64,000 bases of DNA from Antedon mediterranea (taxonomy: Eukaryota; Animalia; Echinodermata), in contig NC_092671.1 of assembly GCF_964355755.1 (NCBI RefSeq), positions 19,592,001 to 19,656,000 on the forward strand. Direction: 5' to 3'. The notes under the pieces were generated by a model, which saw nothing but the letters and a program-made list of their open reading frames with translations, ran no database searches and had not been told where the DNA came from. Position numbers and translations under genes: made by a program. How positions within the stretch are numbered: position 1 is the stretch's first letter; each line of letters starts with the position of its first letter. Shown in pieces: positions 1-13,741 of the stretch.

Positions 1-428
1 CTTCAATCTAAAATGTTTTCTATGTATTTCGAAAAATAGCTTCACACAAACATTGGTGTGGTTTACAATGACTCAAATAGTTTTGGTACAGCAGATTTTT
101 TAAATCCCTTTTTCTTTAACACTACAGATATTTACAATTCCGGCTTACCGCTATGTATTATGTATATCCATCGAATTGTATACAAAGTACCTACAGTACA
201 GTACTGTTATAGTAAATTAAAAATACATGATAATTTTTCTTTTATATGTTATTATATATTTTATTATTATTATTATTATTATGAATATGTATTCAGATGC
301 CTTTTTCACTTGTTCTCCTGTGAGTTTTGTTGCTACAAGCTCTCTTTGGAGCTTCAAAATGATAAGGCCATAAAATAGGTTATTCTACATCATCTCCATT
401 CATCTTAATTCTTTTGGTTACTTTTAGG

Positions 429-672
429 GGATTCCAGCACCTGTCCTTTTGGCACACGGCCTGTTGCCACCCACCCAGCCTTTTGCCACCCGCCTTTTTG
501 CCACTCTCAGATCATGTGGCAATTGGCCGGGTAGGAAATTTTGTAGGTGGAAAAAGGTCTAGGTGACCAAAGGCCTATGGTGGCAAAATGACTGGGTAGC
601 TTATGGCAAGGTGGCAAAATACCGAATGAAAAAGGGCCTGGTAAAATGCCAGGTGGCAACGGGCCTAGACCC
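429..672. mobile_element. Foldback/Mutator-like MITE with internal ttgccacc / ggtggcaa subrepeats
   Basis: GC-rich island with ttgccac repeats on the left and gtggcaa repeats on the right, flanked by the 8-bp direct repeat cttttagg (421-428 and 673-680). Confidence 0.65.
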
Positions 673-3090
673 CTTTTAGGATATGCCTCTTCTTTTTGTG
701 TCAAGTAGTTCAAAATATTTACTATGTAAGTAATATTATTATTATATTTCTGTACGTGTACTACGGTTGAGAGGTCTAGGGTTCGATCAACACAATTATT
801 CAAATGTTTCTCCTTACTACTGAGATCACATTTGATAATAACAGAATGATTTTAATAAAGATTTTGTCTATAACACAAGAAAGAGAGAGACAAATCCTTA
901 TAAAGTAACTGGTGTTAAATTGGTAGAATACATATGCTTATATAAATTAATAAATAAAATGAAGAAAACAATATGATCATCATGCATAAGTGCTCGAATA
1001 CATCAATATATTTTGAAAAGCATTGCATAATGATACGTCAATCAAGTATATAGTTACTATTGCATTCATACCAAAGTGTATTACATCAATAATTCTGAAA
1101 CATAAGACAATTTTCATTTTCAAATATCTATATATTTGTCACCAAGTCATTAAAGTTTTGTGATATATATACACCAATTAATGTTAATAATTGTTTATCT
1201 TCATTTTTTTTGTAATAACTTAAACCAAGATTTAGGCTAAATAAAAAAAAAGTAAAAAAGAAATTTCAATTTCAACAAAATGTACATTAAATAAATAAAT
1301 AAAAAGTTGATTTATTTGTGTTTTTAAAATTTTATATGAAGAACTACAAAAAAAAATCGAAATACATGATCCGTTGATTGTTTGTAAACAAATCGGACTA
1401 GCATATCAGATTACTCCTGTCTATGCTGTATATTTATTATTTTGTATTCTTGGGTGACATAGTTTTGTCATTGCCTCACCCTTTTGATGTAACGTGATAG
1501 CTGATGGTCACATTAATTCTATCTAGGCAAGGCTGCTCAGTTTATAAAACACTAGAAAAATTTCAAGAAATTTATAATCAGTCAGTATACAACTGAGTAA
1601 TACTGTACATTTGGCAAAAATTAGGGTCTGGTATCTGAATTTAGCCTTAATTCGGGAGTGGGATTATACTTGAGCATGATTATACTTGGGTCATATACGG
1701 TATATATATCTACCTATCTACAGATGAATTATATATTTTGAAGTTTACGCATCACAAGTAATTTATACTTGACAATCCACACACAGATTTGGACTGTTGG
1801 TATTTTCTTAAAATTTATATAAACACTATATTTCTGAAATTGATTTGATTAGTGTCGTCCATCATCAAATGGCAGTGATAAGCAAGCTGAAGTACGTCAG
1901 CCTTTAAGTTCAATAAGCAAGTGAAAGCCAATAACAGTAATTAAATATATTGACAGTTTTGCAATGATAACACTGGCAGTAGCACATACATGCTGATGAC
2001 AAATGAAATCTACTTATATGCAGTCATACAAATAATAGTTCTACAGTCACACCATAAAAGGTACCGGGATTTTTACAGGATGCATGTGTGGTGTGACATA
2101 AAAGACCAGATAAGGCAAACACATACGATTGTTCCCCCGCAGCAAGTTATCTCTGGCTTTTTAATTGAACCGCAATATGTATTACATTGCAAAAATATAA
2201 TTCAATTAATATAATGTTTTTGAATAATACATAGGAAATCTTCAAAAAACAGACAATCAATCAGTATTTGTAGGGTTCTTATCATGTCACAAAAGGATTT
2301 TTTGTCCATTTTTAATTCCTCTATAAAGGTATTACTATTAGGAAGTGAAACACCCAAGAATCGTAACAAACCAATTAATGAATTCACTCCTAACTTTGAT
2401 ACCTAGCTAAACTAGATGACAACTATACTAAGTGTACAAACTAATTATTATATATATTTCTCAATTAAGTCTCAATGTAGTCAGTGGAAGCATCCTTGTG
2501 TGGATGGATACCAGATTAGATCTCTGATTTAACACTGCACCTGGTGATCTAACACAGTGATATGGACCAGAATATGTAATGGTAATGATAACCCCTACTC
2601 TTTCCAAAACTGGATTTCATTTCAGAACATTTATATTTCTCTTTTCTATGTACAGACGTTTGTGATTGTGAAAAAATTATAAATAAGAGCAGCGAAACCT
2701 AAAAAGCGAAAAACTTGTGAAGGGCTGCCAAAAAATAGAAAAATAAAGTACAATTTAATCAAGAAAAAACCAAAGTAAACAAAATGAAACCGATTGAAAA
2801 TATCAATGAAATTTGAATATTATTAGGATTCAGTGATTGTATGTGGATAATAGATGCCTTTTTAGCTTAAATGAGAAATGTTTTATTGTTGGCGATTCGG
2901 TTATGTATTTGGGTTGTTCCAATATTTTGGCCCTGAAAACTTAATTCTTTTAACTTTATCCAAGAAGACTTGTTTTATCACCAGAACTAGTGTATGGTTG
3001 AGGAGTTCCTAGAACCTGTGCCATGGTTTGCAGTGATCATATCTTATCTGCCACTTGACTTGCTTAATGCTATATACATATGGTACTTAC

Positions 3091-3393
3091 TTGCAATTTG
3101 TACATTTCCAACTCTGCTTACAATAGAGTTTTCATTAACCGTTGCTTGACATTGGTAGCTGCCTGAGGTAGTGTCTATTGCTTGTTGTACAGCTGGTACT
3201 GTTACTTGTAATGAACCACTTGGTAGAATTGTTTTAAAAGGATCATAGAAACTTATTGCCTGTTCATCTTTTAGCCAAAAGTAGTCTGCATCAACTTGAT
3301 TTAAAGAACAATTCATAGTAAATGTCTCACCACGTTTAACTGTCACATCCATTGGTTCAACCGTAAAGAATAAAGTTTGCAATATTTGAGATT
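3091..3393 (-). CDS. Coding exon 2: first Ig (I-set) domain of a DCC/neogenin/protogenin-family receptor
   Basis: Acceptor ttttctttcatattattccatttAG (AG at 3395-3394) and donor GTAAGT at 3090-3085 define a 303-nt, phase 1-1 exon. It translates as SQILQTLFFTVEPMDVTVKRGETFTMNC..WLKD..ILPSGSLQV..GSYQCQATVNENSIVSRVGNVQIA. The F-x-x-EP-x-D, C..W.KD, GSL, YQC.A and SIVSR motifs match Ig1 of the DCC/neogenin/protogenin subfamily. The exact orthologue cannot be resolved from one domain. Confidence 0.92.
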
Positions 3394-5135
3394 CTAAATG
3401 GAATAATATGAAAGAAAATCAATTATTAGAATGAATAAATTATTTTATTAATTAATATATAAGTTTTACTTGCAGTAAGGAAGAGAAAATCATTTTCTAT
3501 TTTTCCAGAGGAGGTGGGGGTTTATTCTAGGGGGAAGTTTATTCAAGAAGGCGATATTTGAGGAGGAATTTATTCAAAGAGGTAATTTATTTGAATAAAT
3601 ACAGTATTAATGAAAGCCAGCAGTTTTTAACTTCTCTGTTATTTTCTGATTAGTTTTTCCCCTATTTAATGTTCAATAATACAAGAATGATGTATCAACC
3701 ATTTTTATACACTGTGTAATAAAAGATTTCAGTACAATAACATTTGTTGAGGATAAACATAGCATTTAGTAGGACGGTTAGGCATAGAAGGAGTAAGTAC
3801 ATCACTATGATTCCAGAATGATTTAATTAATTTAATAAAAGCTTACTTTAGAACAGTAAGGTGTGTTATAAAAAAAAAATAATAATATTTGGGTTCTCCT
3901 CATTAAATAGAACAGCCAATAAACTCATGAAATATTCTCACCATTCAACTCATAAACATTTATTATTATTATTGTAAATCTTTATGATAAAATGTTTAGC
4001 TGTATTGTAATATTTCTAAAACTGGGTTTCTCGATATTGACACGATTAACTAATAAAGGTATCGCTGTGTCAAAATATCCAACAATTTGTCTAATCAACT
4101 TACAGAATGATGATTGTCAATGAAAATCAAATATATATTTCATTATGAGGTAGTGAAGCACCAATGAATGCCATCGAATTGCATTAAAAGCTGTTTAACA
4201 TTTCAGTAATATTCATATTGCTAATCAATGGAAATCAAAGCTAGGTTTTACGCCTCTATGATCACAAATGCATGTTATTTTTAACATCAACTTCAAACAT
4301 AGGCCGCGGCTAATACTCCCAGAAGATATTGGTCCTTTTCACACGTCTACCTGTTTCATCATCAGACGAAAAAACTTATCCAATGCATTGACATTAATCA
4401 TATCACCCGACGAACTAGGATGAGTTATTAGTGACCATGGCGCCATGCTTAATCAAGTACTTTACTAGGGATATTGTGACTAAAGCTAACGTTTAATTTG
4501 TGCTTCGGGTATTCCTTGTTTATCCCTTACAATTACATTAATATTTACTGTGTATCTTCGGACCTGTGGCTTAAGAAAGGTTGCCAAGGGATTTCATGCA
4601 GATATTGTTTCACATAAATGCACTTTTTGTAAACTTAATACATGTATGGTATCGTTGTTGTAAAATAAAATAACTATAACTATAGCAAATGCACTGTACA
4701 ATAAAGTGCATGTGATACTAAATGTGAGAATACAGACACAATATAACTTCAACACACCCAATGGACACACTGGTTGAAAGTGATAATAATGTTTAATGTT
4801 TTTTTTTTATTTTGATGTAGTTTATTAATGTACTGACGGTATTTGTATATTGTTTTATTTCTTATAGATATAATGTTTTATTTTAATACTTGCCTATTAT
4901 GTTTATTCATTGGTGACTAAATAAATATTCTTATTACTGTATATTTAAGAACAATCTTGAAATTAATATATTATACATTGTACTGTATACAATAAAATAC
5001 TGAATAAAGGTGAAAAATAAAACAAATCCATTTAATATCCTATTTCAAATCCAAAATAATGGTTCAAATCTATCTTGGTAAAATAATCTGGATTAAATTC
5101 TTGTTCAAACCTGGGTAAAACCCTGGTTCAAATTC

Positions 5136-5365
5136 TAAATCTATACTATAGGCCTAAGAGAGGGCATTTGATGATTGTTCCTAAATCTATACTATAGGCC
5201 TAAGAGAGAGCATTTGATGATTGTTCCTAAATCTATACTATAGGCCTAAGAGAGAGCATTTGATGATTGTTCCTAAATCTATACTATAGGCCTAAGAGAG
5301 AGCATTTGATGATTGTTCCTAAATCTATACTATAGGCCTAAGAGAGAGCATTTGATGATTGTTCC
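5136..5365. repeat. Minisatellite, 46 bp x 5
   Basis: taaatctatactataggcctaagagagagcatttgatgattgttcc starts at 5136, 5182, 5228, 5274 and 5320, with one substitution in copy 1. Confidence 0.97.
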
Positions 5366-5955
5366 TTATACACAATTTTGCTATTGCACACATCCATATG
5401 CATGGCGTGTCAAAATGAACTCACCTGTACTGAGAAGATTTCAAAAGTGAACCATAACTAAGATTAAAAGTATATAATAATGCACCATAATTATGATAAA
5501 AAAATAAAATGCAAACCGAATTTCAGAAAGCTAATGAGGTTTCTGTGTGAAGACTTGAGGCTATAGTAATCAATACTAATCAATATTGATGAATTTGCTT
5601 CGACAATCATTTAAATCATACTTCCTATTCACATTTTAAAAAATCATTACCAAAAATATAAGTCTGGTAATTGAAACTATCCAGAATTCCAATATTCATT
5701 ATTGGAAAATCTGGTTAATGTGAGCGTTGTAACGCTTTCAATGATTGCTCCAATTCTATACAGCAGTTGCACTAAGCCTATATTTTCAATTATTGCACAT
5801 TAGGTAGATGCAGATTGAAAAAACTAAGCCTTAGAAATTTGAAATCCTCAAATGAGTGTTTTCGATAAATACCCTCGTTTTCCAATTTCTGTTTACTATG
5901 GTGACAAGCAGCAAGAAAATTGCAAATTAAATCCTTTCAAAATCAATTTTACTTA

Positions 5956-6108
5956 AGCGTGGTTCCCACTAGCGACGCAACCTTGACCAATCACAAGCGA
6001 TGGCTTATTCGCTTGTGATTGCTAACTGTCTATAACTTCGCTTGTCATTGGTTAAAACGCTTGTGTTGCGTTTACGTCCTTGCGTTACATTCTAGTGGGA
6101 ACCAAGCT
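5956..6108. mobile_element. Harbinger-type MITE (153 bp)
   Basis: TIRs agcgtggttcccactag / ctagtgggaaccaagct (1 mismatch) with TTA on both sides. Confidence 0.85.
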
Positions 6109-7764
6109 TTACAAAAACATTTGTACATATGGGCATTAGTTTTATAATTATTATATACAATGGATTATAAAGATTACAATTAAATCTGAATATGTTAATG
6201 TATTTACATATTTTAGTATAATATTAATATTCCTGCTGTAAATACCATATTTGATTAATAGTGTAAGCATTTAAAAATCAATATTTTATACATTTGCTAT
6301 TCACAAACCAGATGAGGAAAAATAAATGCACTACTTTTTAACTTTAACCAGCCCAGTGGTTTAGTGATGAGATCTGTTGCATACTAGGGGGTCACAGAAA
6401 GTGGCCTTTAATTGGAAATCTGTAAAGTATAAAACAATATCTACTATTCTTATTTCTTTTTGCAGTAAAAACTAGTTCTTCATAAACCTTGATATCATAT
6501 GCAACACAAATTATCCTACCATAATTATGTTCGCTTTGATTGCATAAAAAGCATATTTAATGGTTTTCCATATCTTTTTGATATATATTCATGCATTTTG
6601 CATTAATGCTAAAATTTCGGCATCGTTGTGATCAAAGTGAAGTTTTTAACGCTGCTGAAATTCAAGAGAATTTCTTTACAATCCCGTCAACTGTAACAAA
6701 ATTCCAGAATGCATTTACATGGAATTGCAACATTTAAAACAAGTTGTAAATACATTTGTAACAATACCAACGGCGTATCAAAGAGAAGGCTTAAGTAACT
6801 AATGTTCTTAATGATGATAATACCGACTGTAATGTGTAGGAGGAATTTTCTCATAAATACCGGTACAGCATGCTAGAAAGAGATTTTCAAATAGAGATGA
6901 CCTTTAGATATCACGGTTAGTATGAATTTACATTTTAAAAGAAAATGCTACCGAGTATCTGAATTTTAAATGTGCCTTGTTGTTGCTTGAAGCCACAATA
7001 AACACTGAATGTGGATATTAATCGCCATTGTCTGCATTGATTGGTTGAGTGGAATATTATGAATTCTGGAAGGTAATGTACTTTCGTATAGAATCTATAT
7101 GATATCAAGAAGTCTCTGTTGACATTCACAAATTATAAACATCTGCTGTGAAACAATCATTATGAATGGCATTCCCATTCTTATTGATTTCATTCCTAAT
7201 CAAACTATGACTTTGGTCTTAGCCTGAAAACATTTTCTAGTTTGCTCTTATGATGATAAATATTGTTGAATTATAATTAAGTATTTTACATATTAATGAA
7301 ATGATAAATCTATTTTGTACATTATGACAGACGCTATGAACATTGTTGTTTAACTGCAGACACATGGCCTTAAAGGCATGTAGTCATAATGCGTTTTCTT
7401 AGAAATCATCAAGAAATTGACGGTTGACATTCGTATCATGTTTATGTCAAAAAATTAAATTATGTAACTTGCAAAGAATTCCGCAAGCATACTATTCCAT
7501 GCACACAATTCAAACTGTTTTGATCATCTTTGAACGAAAGGTCAAAACCCAACACAACTATAAATTCAAATTGTATGTATAGTATAACATTTATATACCA
7601 TTATTACTTGACTTACATTAGGATCTTGCATAAAATTTTATCTTTCATATGTTAAGTATAACATTTGAATATATTGACCTGAAGCAGATCTTGAAATATC
7701 ATTGTAAAATATTATATTTAAATATTATGATGGTAGTTTTGCTCATATTAAATCCAATTCTTAT

Positions 7765-8320
7765 GGCCCGTTTCTATTGAAAAATAAAAAAAGAATGTTT
7801 TTTGGAAACCGGTTTCGGCAGTTGTTTATAACTGAAGATCGCGTTGCAGCTCAATTTTTACTCCAATAAAACCGGTGAATGAATAATAATCATTATATAC
7901 CACAATGCAGTTCGTTAGAAGGAAGTGCGATTGGATCGAGGTCACGTTTACCTTTTATTGCATAGCGAGATCCCCAAGAATTGCATCCATTTCGTTATAG
8001 AAGGGGCAGGTAATCCTGTCATTATTACCTGAAACATTATTGTGGTAAAGTATAGGTACGTCGAACACTCTGATATTGTCAAGTTGAACTCGTCTAGCTT
8101 TCACATGCTTTACAATATTCTTATTCTTCCGACTTCCGGCTGCCCCCCCCCCCCATCTTTCTTCTCCACCAAATATTAATTAGGCCTAGGTCCTATCGTG
8201 CAGGTTTGACTGCGAGTTGACCGCAATCAAAATTGGGGTCAAATTTAGACCGCATCAAAAATTGCTCCACGGAAACCGGTTTCAGAATGGTTCTTTGCGA
8301 TCGAAATTAATGGAAAGTCA
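7765..8320. mobile_element. Dispersed repeat / degenerate MITE (partial second copy at 26807-27060)
   Basis: About 250 bp (gaaaccggtttcggcagt...ataccacaatgcagttcgttag...ccaagaattgcatcca) is shared with 26807-27060. ggaaaccggtttc occurs near both ends. Confidence 0.7.
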
Positions 8321-9944
8321 ATAATATCAAAAATAACATTTATTTCATGAATATACTTTATTATTCCGTTTTCAGACATCAACACAAAATATGTCATTTT
8401 TCATCTTCAATTGGATATCAATAGCTAGGCCATTTATAAAAAAACACAGCTTTCTGATTTTGACTGCAAATAACACTCTACAGGTGTTTTTTTCATATTG
8501 TCACATATCTGCTTCTTGCATAAAACAATAGTCATTTTAAATACATCTTTTCCATGAATTAAATAATAATTATCAATGTCACATTATGAAATTATGCTAA
8601 TCAAAAGTTGTGTTATAAAAATACAATGTGTTATAACTGAAGGAGAGAAAACAATAGTGTTTATATAGTGTGCTTCAACATGATTATTGCAGAATATGCT
8701 ACCATACTTGGGAAAAAAAATATTGTAAAGCTTTTGATCACTTTGAAACTAGGACAACATGTATAATTTACTACAGTATTATCATCATATTTTATCTTTA
8801 GAAGGCCAATGTGCTGTTACTAGCATTCATCTATATATTGAGTAATCTAGAAACATAGAAGTGTATATTACGTGAGCATGAGAGCTTTCCAAGTTATAAA
8901 AGTACCCTTGCTATGGCTTTCAAGGTTTAAGTTACGTATATTTATAGCTTTGCAATGTTCTAACCACTGTTAAAATGTTTCTTTTTGCTATTCAAGATCT
9001 CAATTCATGCTATAAATTCTTTAGTCTGTTGTAAAATGTGTCACATATTTGGCAATTTATTAGTTGAGTATAATACAGCTTTAGTATCATGCTTATTATG
9101 ATATTTTTTAATAAGAAAAAAAACCATGATTTACGGCCGCCAAATCACAATACCTCTAATCCCACGGAGTAAAACCTACACTTCTAATAGTAAGCCTGAT
9201 GTACCACACATATCCTTATGTTTAAAATTGTCATTAAATATTCAAACTTATTTATCATAAAATAATTAACAAGGAGTCTGCCAGGAGAATGCTTTTAAAA
9301 TCTTTAACAATAATATTGAACATAAGAATAAAAATAGCACAAAATATTGAAAAATATAAGTAATAGTATTAGTTCATATTTACCAAAATTAGCTGTTTAT
9401 TAGAAAAATATTATTATTAAATATCTTTTTTTTTTATTTCTTAGACCAAAACAATATGCCTAATCTGTAATTTAAGCATTGAAAACCCATTCATTTACAA
9501 TACTACAACAGGTAAATGAATATTCATCATGGTCTATTTAACAGAATACCATTCCTCAACTTAAAAGCACATTTCATTAAATTTGTTAGATAAGCTATTA
9601 AATTGTGAAGAAAAGACAACAAAAGGTGCACATTTCCTTCAAGAATTGAATTTGGCACAATGCTGGTTACCATGGAGTCAAAATGCATTAAGGAAAGATC
9701 ATTAACAAAATGATGAATACACATACAATATACACAAACAAGGCCACTGTTTATGTTCCATATAAATATTTTTATATTACTTATAATAAAACATGATAAC
9801 AAATCCAAAGGCAAATTACTGTTGAAAATAACTTATTCCTTTGTCAATGACAATTTTAAAATATTAAAACAGCCCTTATCATCATGAATTTACAATATGA
9901 GATTTCCTACTGCTATGAGGAAAGCCATGTTCACTCCTCGGCAA

Positions 9945-10037
9945 GTTTTCGCAGATATGGACTTCAAACAAGTCCAGCGTACACGTGTGCATTTAAAAGA
10001 AACTTGTGCATCATTCAGAAAGAGTAGGGATTACCTC
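9945..10037 (+). mobile_element. Degenerate Deu/Nin SINE core relic
   Basis: gatatggacttcaaac..gtccagcgtacac..gtgcatttaaaagaaac..gaaagagtagggattacc aligns with the core of the 16.1-kb SINE. Confidence 0.55.
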
Positions 10038-10204
10038 ATATGAAAAGGAACTACTGTAACTATGAGACTTACTGTACAATCAAGAAATACTGATAGCTCA
10101 CAGTTATACATTTTTGTGCCACTAAGACATGGTTTAATTATGTTTAGTTATTTATAGTAATAATGTATTTCTTTTACAGAGAACTTACATTTTCACATAA
10201 CTTA

Positions 10205-11276
10205 GGCCCTGTTCAGACCCATGGCGTTAGACCGTTTTAGCGTACAACGTTACTATCAAGGTCACGTTACAAACCGCAGAGAAAAAAACGAGGTGTTCAG
10301 ACCCATAGCGTACGATTATCGTTACAACGGAAGTACGTCATCCAGGTTGTTTCTAGTAGTTGCATATTTATGTGCTCTTACCCACGTGTTTTCATCATTA
10401 TTTCCACTGTATATAGGCCTAGATCTCAGCCCTACAATTATGACAAAATTTGCCGTAAATAAAACATACCTCAGCATTTATTTAAGAAAAATATAGTAAA
10501 GCCAAATTTCTGTTTCTATTGTTTTTATTTTGTAGTAAAAAACATTTTCCCCAGGCTCTTGTGTTACGAAAATAAAGCAGGCCTCGTAATGATGAAGAAA
10601 AAAATTATTATGCTATCCAGTCCAGTCAAAGATATATATTCTTTGGTCCAGTCGGTGTAAAATAACCCTTAACTTGCTAATAAAAGGGACACAGCTCCCC
10701 TTGTTTGTTTACTGATTTTTTTAGGAGTTAGGGGGTTTTCAGCATTAAACTTGTCCAGTCTAGTCTGCCTTGTATGAATGAGTGACTTGATGTCCCACGC
10801 TAGTTTTTAGCTTGAATGAAATGCGTGAATGGCCCTAGGCCTAGCTAGGCCTAAAAGCGGATGGGATCATAGTCCCTATGTTTAAATACAAGGTGCATGT
10901 ATTTATGTCATTTGTTAGAAAATATAATGGTAATCAGTTGATAATAGTTTGTAGCCTTTGTAACAGTTGTATTTGTAGTGTAGTTAGGCCTTATTTATTC
11001 TGGCCTTTTTGTTATTGAAATCCATCTCACACATTGACGATACAAGATGTCAGCCTAGGTCAAACCTTGTTTCGCGTCATAACAGGAAACGTTCTGATTG
11101 GATACAACGTTGACTTACAGTAGCGTCGTACGCTAAAACGGTACTATCAACCGTTTTCCACTACAACGCTACAATCGTTGTACAACGCGTTGTACGCTAA
11201 TCCCCAACTGTTCAGACACACATTCTTTTAGCGTCGTACGCTAAAACGGTCTAACGCCATGGGTCTGAACAGGGCC
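10205..11276. mobile_element. Non-autonomous PIF/Harbinger-type DNA transposon, young
   Basis: Perfect 41-bp TIRs ggccctgttcagacccatggcgttagaccgttttagcgtac with TTA TSD (10202-10204 and 11277-11279). There is no transposase ORF. Confidence 0.9.
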
Positions 11277-11732
11277 TTAATGTAGGAAAACTGTGAAACT
11301 CATAATTTAAAAAATAACACATTTAAATGAGCTGTAAATCAACTGATACATGACAAGGTCTTATGTTAGTATGTACATTGGTGCAAAGTGAGGTCAAAGT
11401 GAGGTCATTTTTTCAAAACCTCCTAATTTATGTTGCCATAAAATGTTTAAATATCATATAAAGTAATAAAATTAAATTGGACTTAAAACAGGTTCTTTAA
11501 TAAATTCAGGAAAGTTAAAACATTTTTAACAAAATTTCTTCATATTACATGGATTTATATAACGTCTTTTATGGTCAGCTGTACAGAGAAAGACTGGTGT
11601 ACATCTCTGTAAATCTTTTTAAATTGCTATTTGTGTTTACTGTATTCGTTGATCTTAAAGTTTATTTTCATACTTTAATTTGTTAATTAACTATTGTATA
11701 ATTCATTTCCTTTTCTTTTTCTTTAAACTTAT

Positions 11733-11815
11733 GAACGCACCGTCATAAAACGTGTGCCGCTGTTCTAAAAGCGTCTGTTCAAATGTACAACAACAATATA
11801 CGAAAGTTAAATAAA
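11733..11815 (+). repeat. Short dispersed repeat, probable LINE 3' end (second copy at ~38654-38740)
   Basis: gaacgcaccgtcataaaacgtgtgccgctgttctaaaagcgt versus gaacgcaccatgtatgaacgtgtaccaccgttgtaaaggtgt, both followed by aataaa-rich tails. Confidence 0.5.
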
Positions 11816-12937
11816 TTGATATATAAATAAATTATAAACAAATTTAGGTTATGTATTGTACCTTCTGTATATTTTATATTAATTATGAACTAGGGTAATA
11901 GTTTATTCTCATTTATTAAGTTTCCAGAAATTAAAGCCAAACAGATTTACTGGCAATCTATATTTAGCCATTGACGTGAGATAAAGCGGCATGTCATTTC
12001 AAAATTCTCAATGCTTCATCATGCTGTGATAAATATGTTAACAAATTATTATGAACATAAAAAATAGAAATTTACATGTAGAAACCTTTTAAATTTTAAC
12101 AAAATTAGAAAAGATAGATCTAATAAATTGATAATCAGTATTCAACAAGTCCAAACGGGCTGAATCCAGAGGTCAAAATAGGCATTCTAATAAGAACCTC
12201 AGCATCTTTGATTTACTCATTTTACTATACACCATACCATAACAAATATTACTTGGCTTAAGTTCATATTATTTTATTTTAACAACATGATATAATAATT
12301 ATCTTCAGGCTGATATGAAAAATACAAAAATAATAAAATGCAGTATTTTGAATAATAAATTTCATATACATCCCATATGCAAGATGTTATATAAATGTTG
12401 TTGATAAAGCTGATAATAACCTTTTGAACTCATAAATCATCATAATCCCTTAATATAATACGCACCGTTGTACATGACCGATCAAGGAGCCATTCTCTTG
12501 AATGAATCTTAAGGAAAGGCGAAAAAGTCACGGATATAAATACTAAGAATGGTGACGATGTTTGGAGGTATCAAGGTCTAATGAAAGGGCATGATAACAA
12601 AATTATCTATTTTCAAGAAATTATTATCTCTTTTTTTACAGAATAATGATCAAGCAAAAGGCTTTTATAGGCTGTCACATGTAGATTTATTACTGTTAAT
12701 ATTAATATTAATAGAAATTGCAATGACCCACAACATTTCTAACCACAAATAAATTGAAAAAATGAAATCACTTGTGCAACGCTCTTATTCATATTTGGCA
12801 ACGTCTGGTTGCATTCTGAGTGGGAGACTGATAATATCGGACTAACATGTGATAGGCATGGGAAGCTTATCTGTACCATACTAATTGTATCCTTTTAGGC
12901 AAGATGCTTTACTCTCATTGCTTCATCCTTTGTTGGT

Positions 12938-13015
12938 TCCGTGTACAAATAGTGCATGTTAAAGAACTTGGTACACGTCTATATTTCAAAAGAGTAGGGG
13001 ATTTTCGGTGTGATT
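12938..13015 (+). mobile_element. Degenerate Deu/Nin SINE core relic
   Basis: ccgtgtacaaatagtgcatgttaaagaacttggtacac..tttcaaaagagtagggg..cggtgt aligns with the SINE core. Confidence 0.55.
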
Positions 13016-13685
13016 ATATGGTAGAAGCTCCACTGCTGGCTGCCATGTGTCCTTAGAGGGCCTATAATTTAAATTTCCTCAGTTTCCAATTAAGCTTGAG
13101 GACCAGTATAAATACCTTAATGAAACCAAAACTTTTCAAAACAGAGTTTGTGTAAAAAGTACCCAAAATTCATTGATATACTGATATTGCAGTGATAGTG
13201 TTAACCTACCATAAAATCAATTAATAAACAATATATTATTTTAGGTTAAAATGAGAAATTCAAATGATTTTCTATTGAGCATTTGCTTTTGACATTTTAA
13301 TATTCTAATTTTTAACAAAAATACATAAATAGAAATAAGAAAGTGCAATAACACAATGAATATAGCACATAAGACAGATATATCTATCATCATCAACATG
13401 TGCAAGCCCTCTGAGAATCACAGGGTCTATAGTAACATTCACTGGATAAAATAACACCAGAATTGATTTACTATCAAAGTTAATTAATTGAAACAAAACC
13501 ATTGCAAATTTGATTTGTAAGTTTCATCTGTGTATTAGATGATTACTATTTATCCTCTTATTAATTTTTGTATTTTGTAAATCCTCTATATGCATTTTTA
13601 TCTGTATATTTTTACCATACTGTGTATTTTACTTTGTGTTTTAACATTTTACTGATTTTATTCTATTTTTACATTAAGTTTTCAT

Positions 13686-13741
13686 GAGAAAAACCAATTT
13701 CAAACTATTTGACAATAAAGTTATCTTGTATCTTGTATCTT
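13686..13741 (+). mobile_element. Isolated LINE 3' tail (similar one at ~22279-22335)
   Basis: aatttcaa..gacaataaagtt(atcttgt)n versus aatttcaa..gacaaataaaattt(cttgaat)n, each after a T-rich 3'UTR-like tract. Confidence 0.5.

Noticed and set aside
507-803. Proline-rich 98-aa ORF
   Set aside because: It arises from the GC-rich subrepeats of the 429-672 MITE.
1994-2012. Hammerhead-like CTGATGA...GAAA (also on the minus strand at ~4353-4365)
   Set aside because: There is no stem II between the boxes and no convincing stem I.
3044-3382. ORF-track protein as a standalone 112-aa gene
   Set aside because: The TTG start is internal to an exon and the last ~15 codons are intron read-through past the GTAAGT donor.
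5136-5365. CRISPR-like 46-bp repeat
   Set aside because: Pure tandem duplication without spacers.
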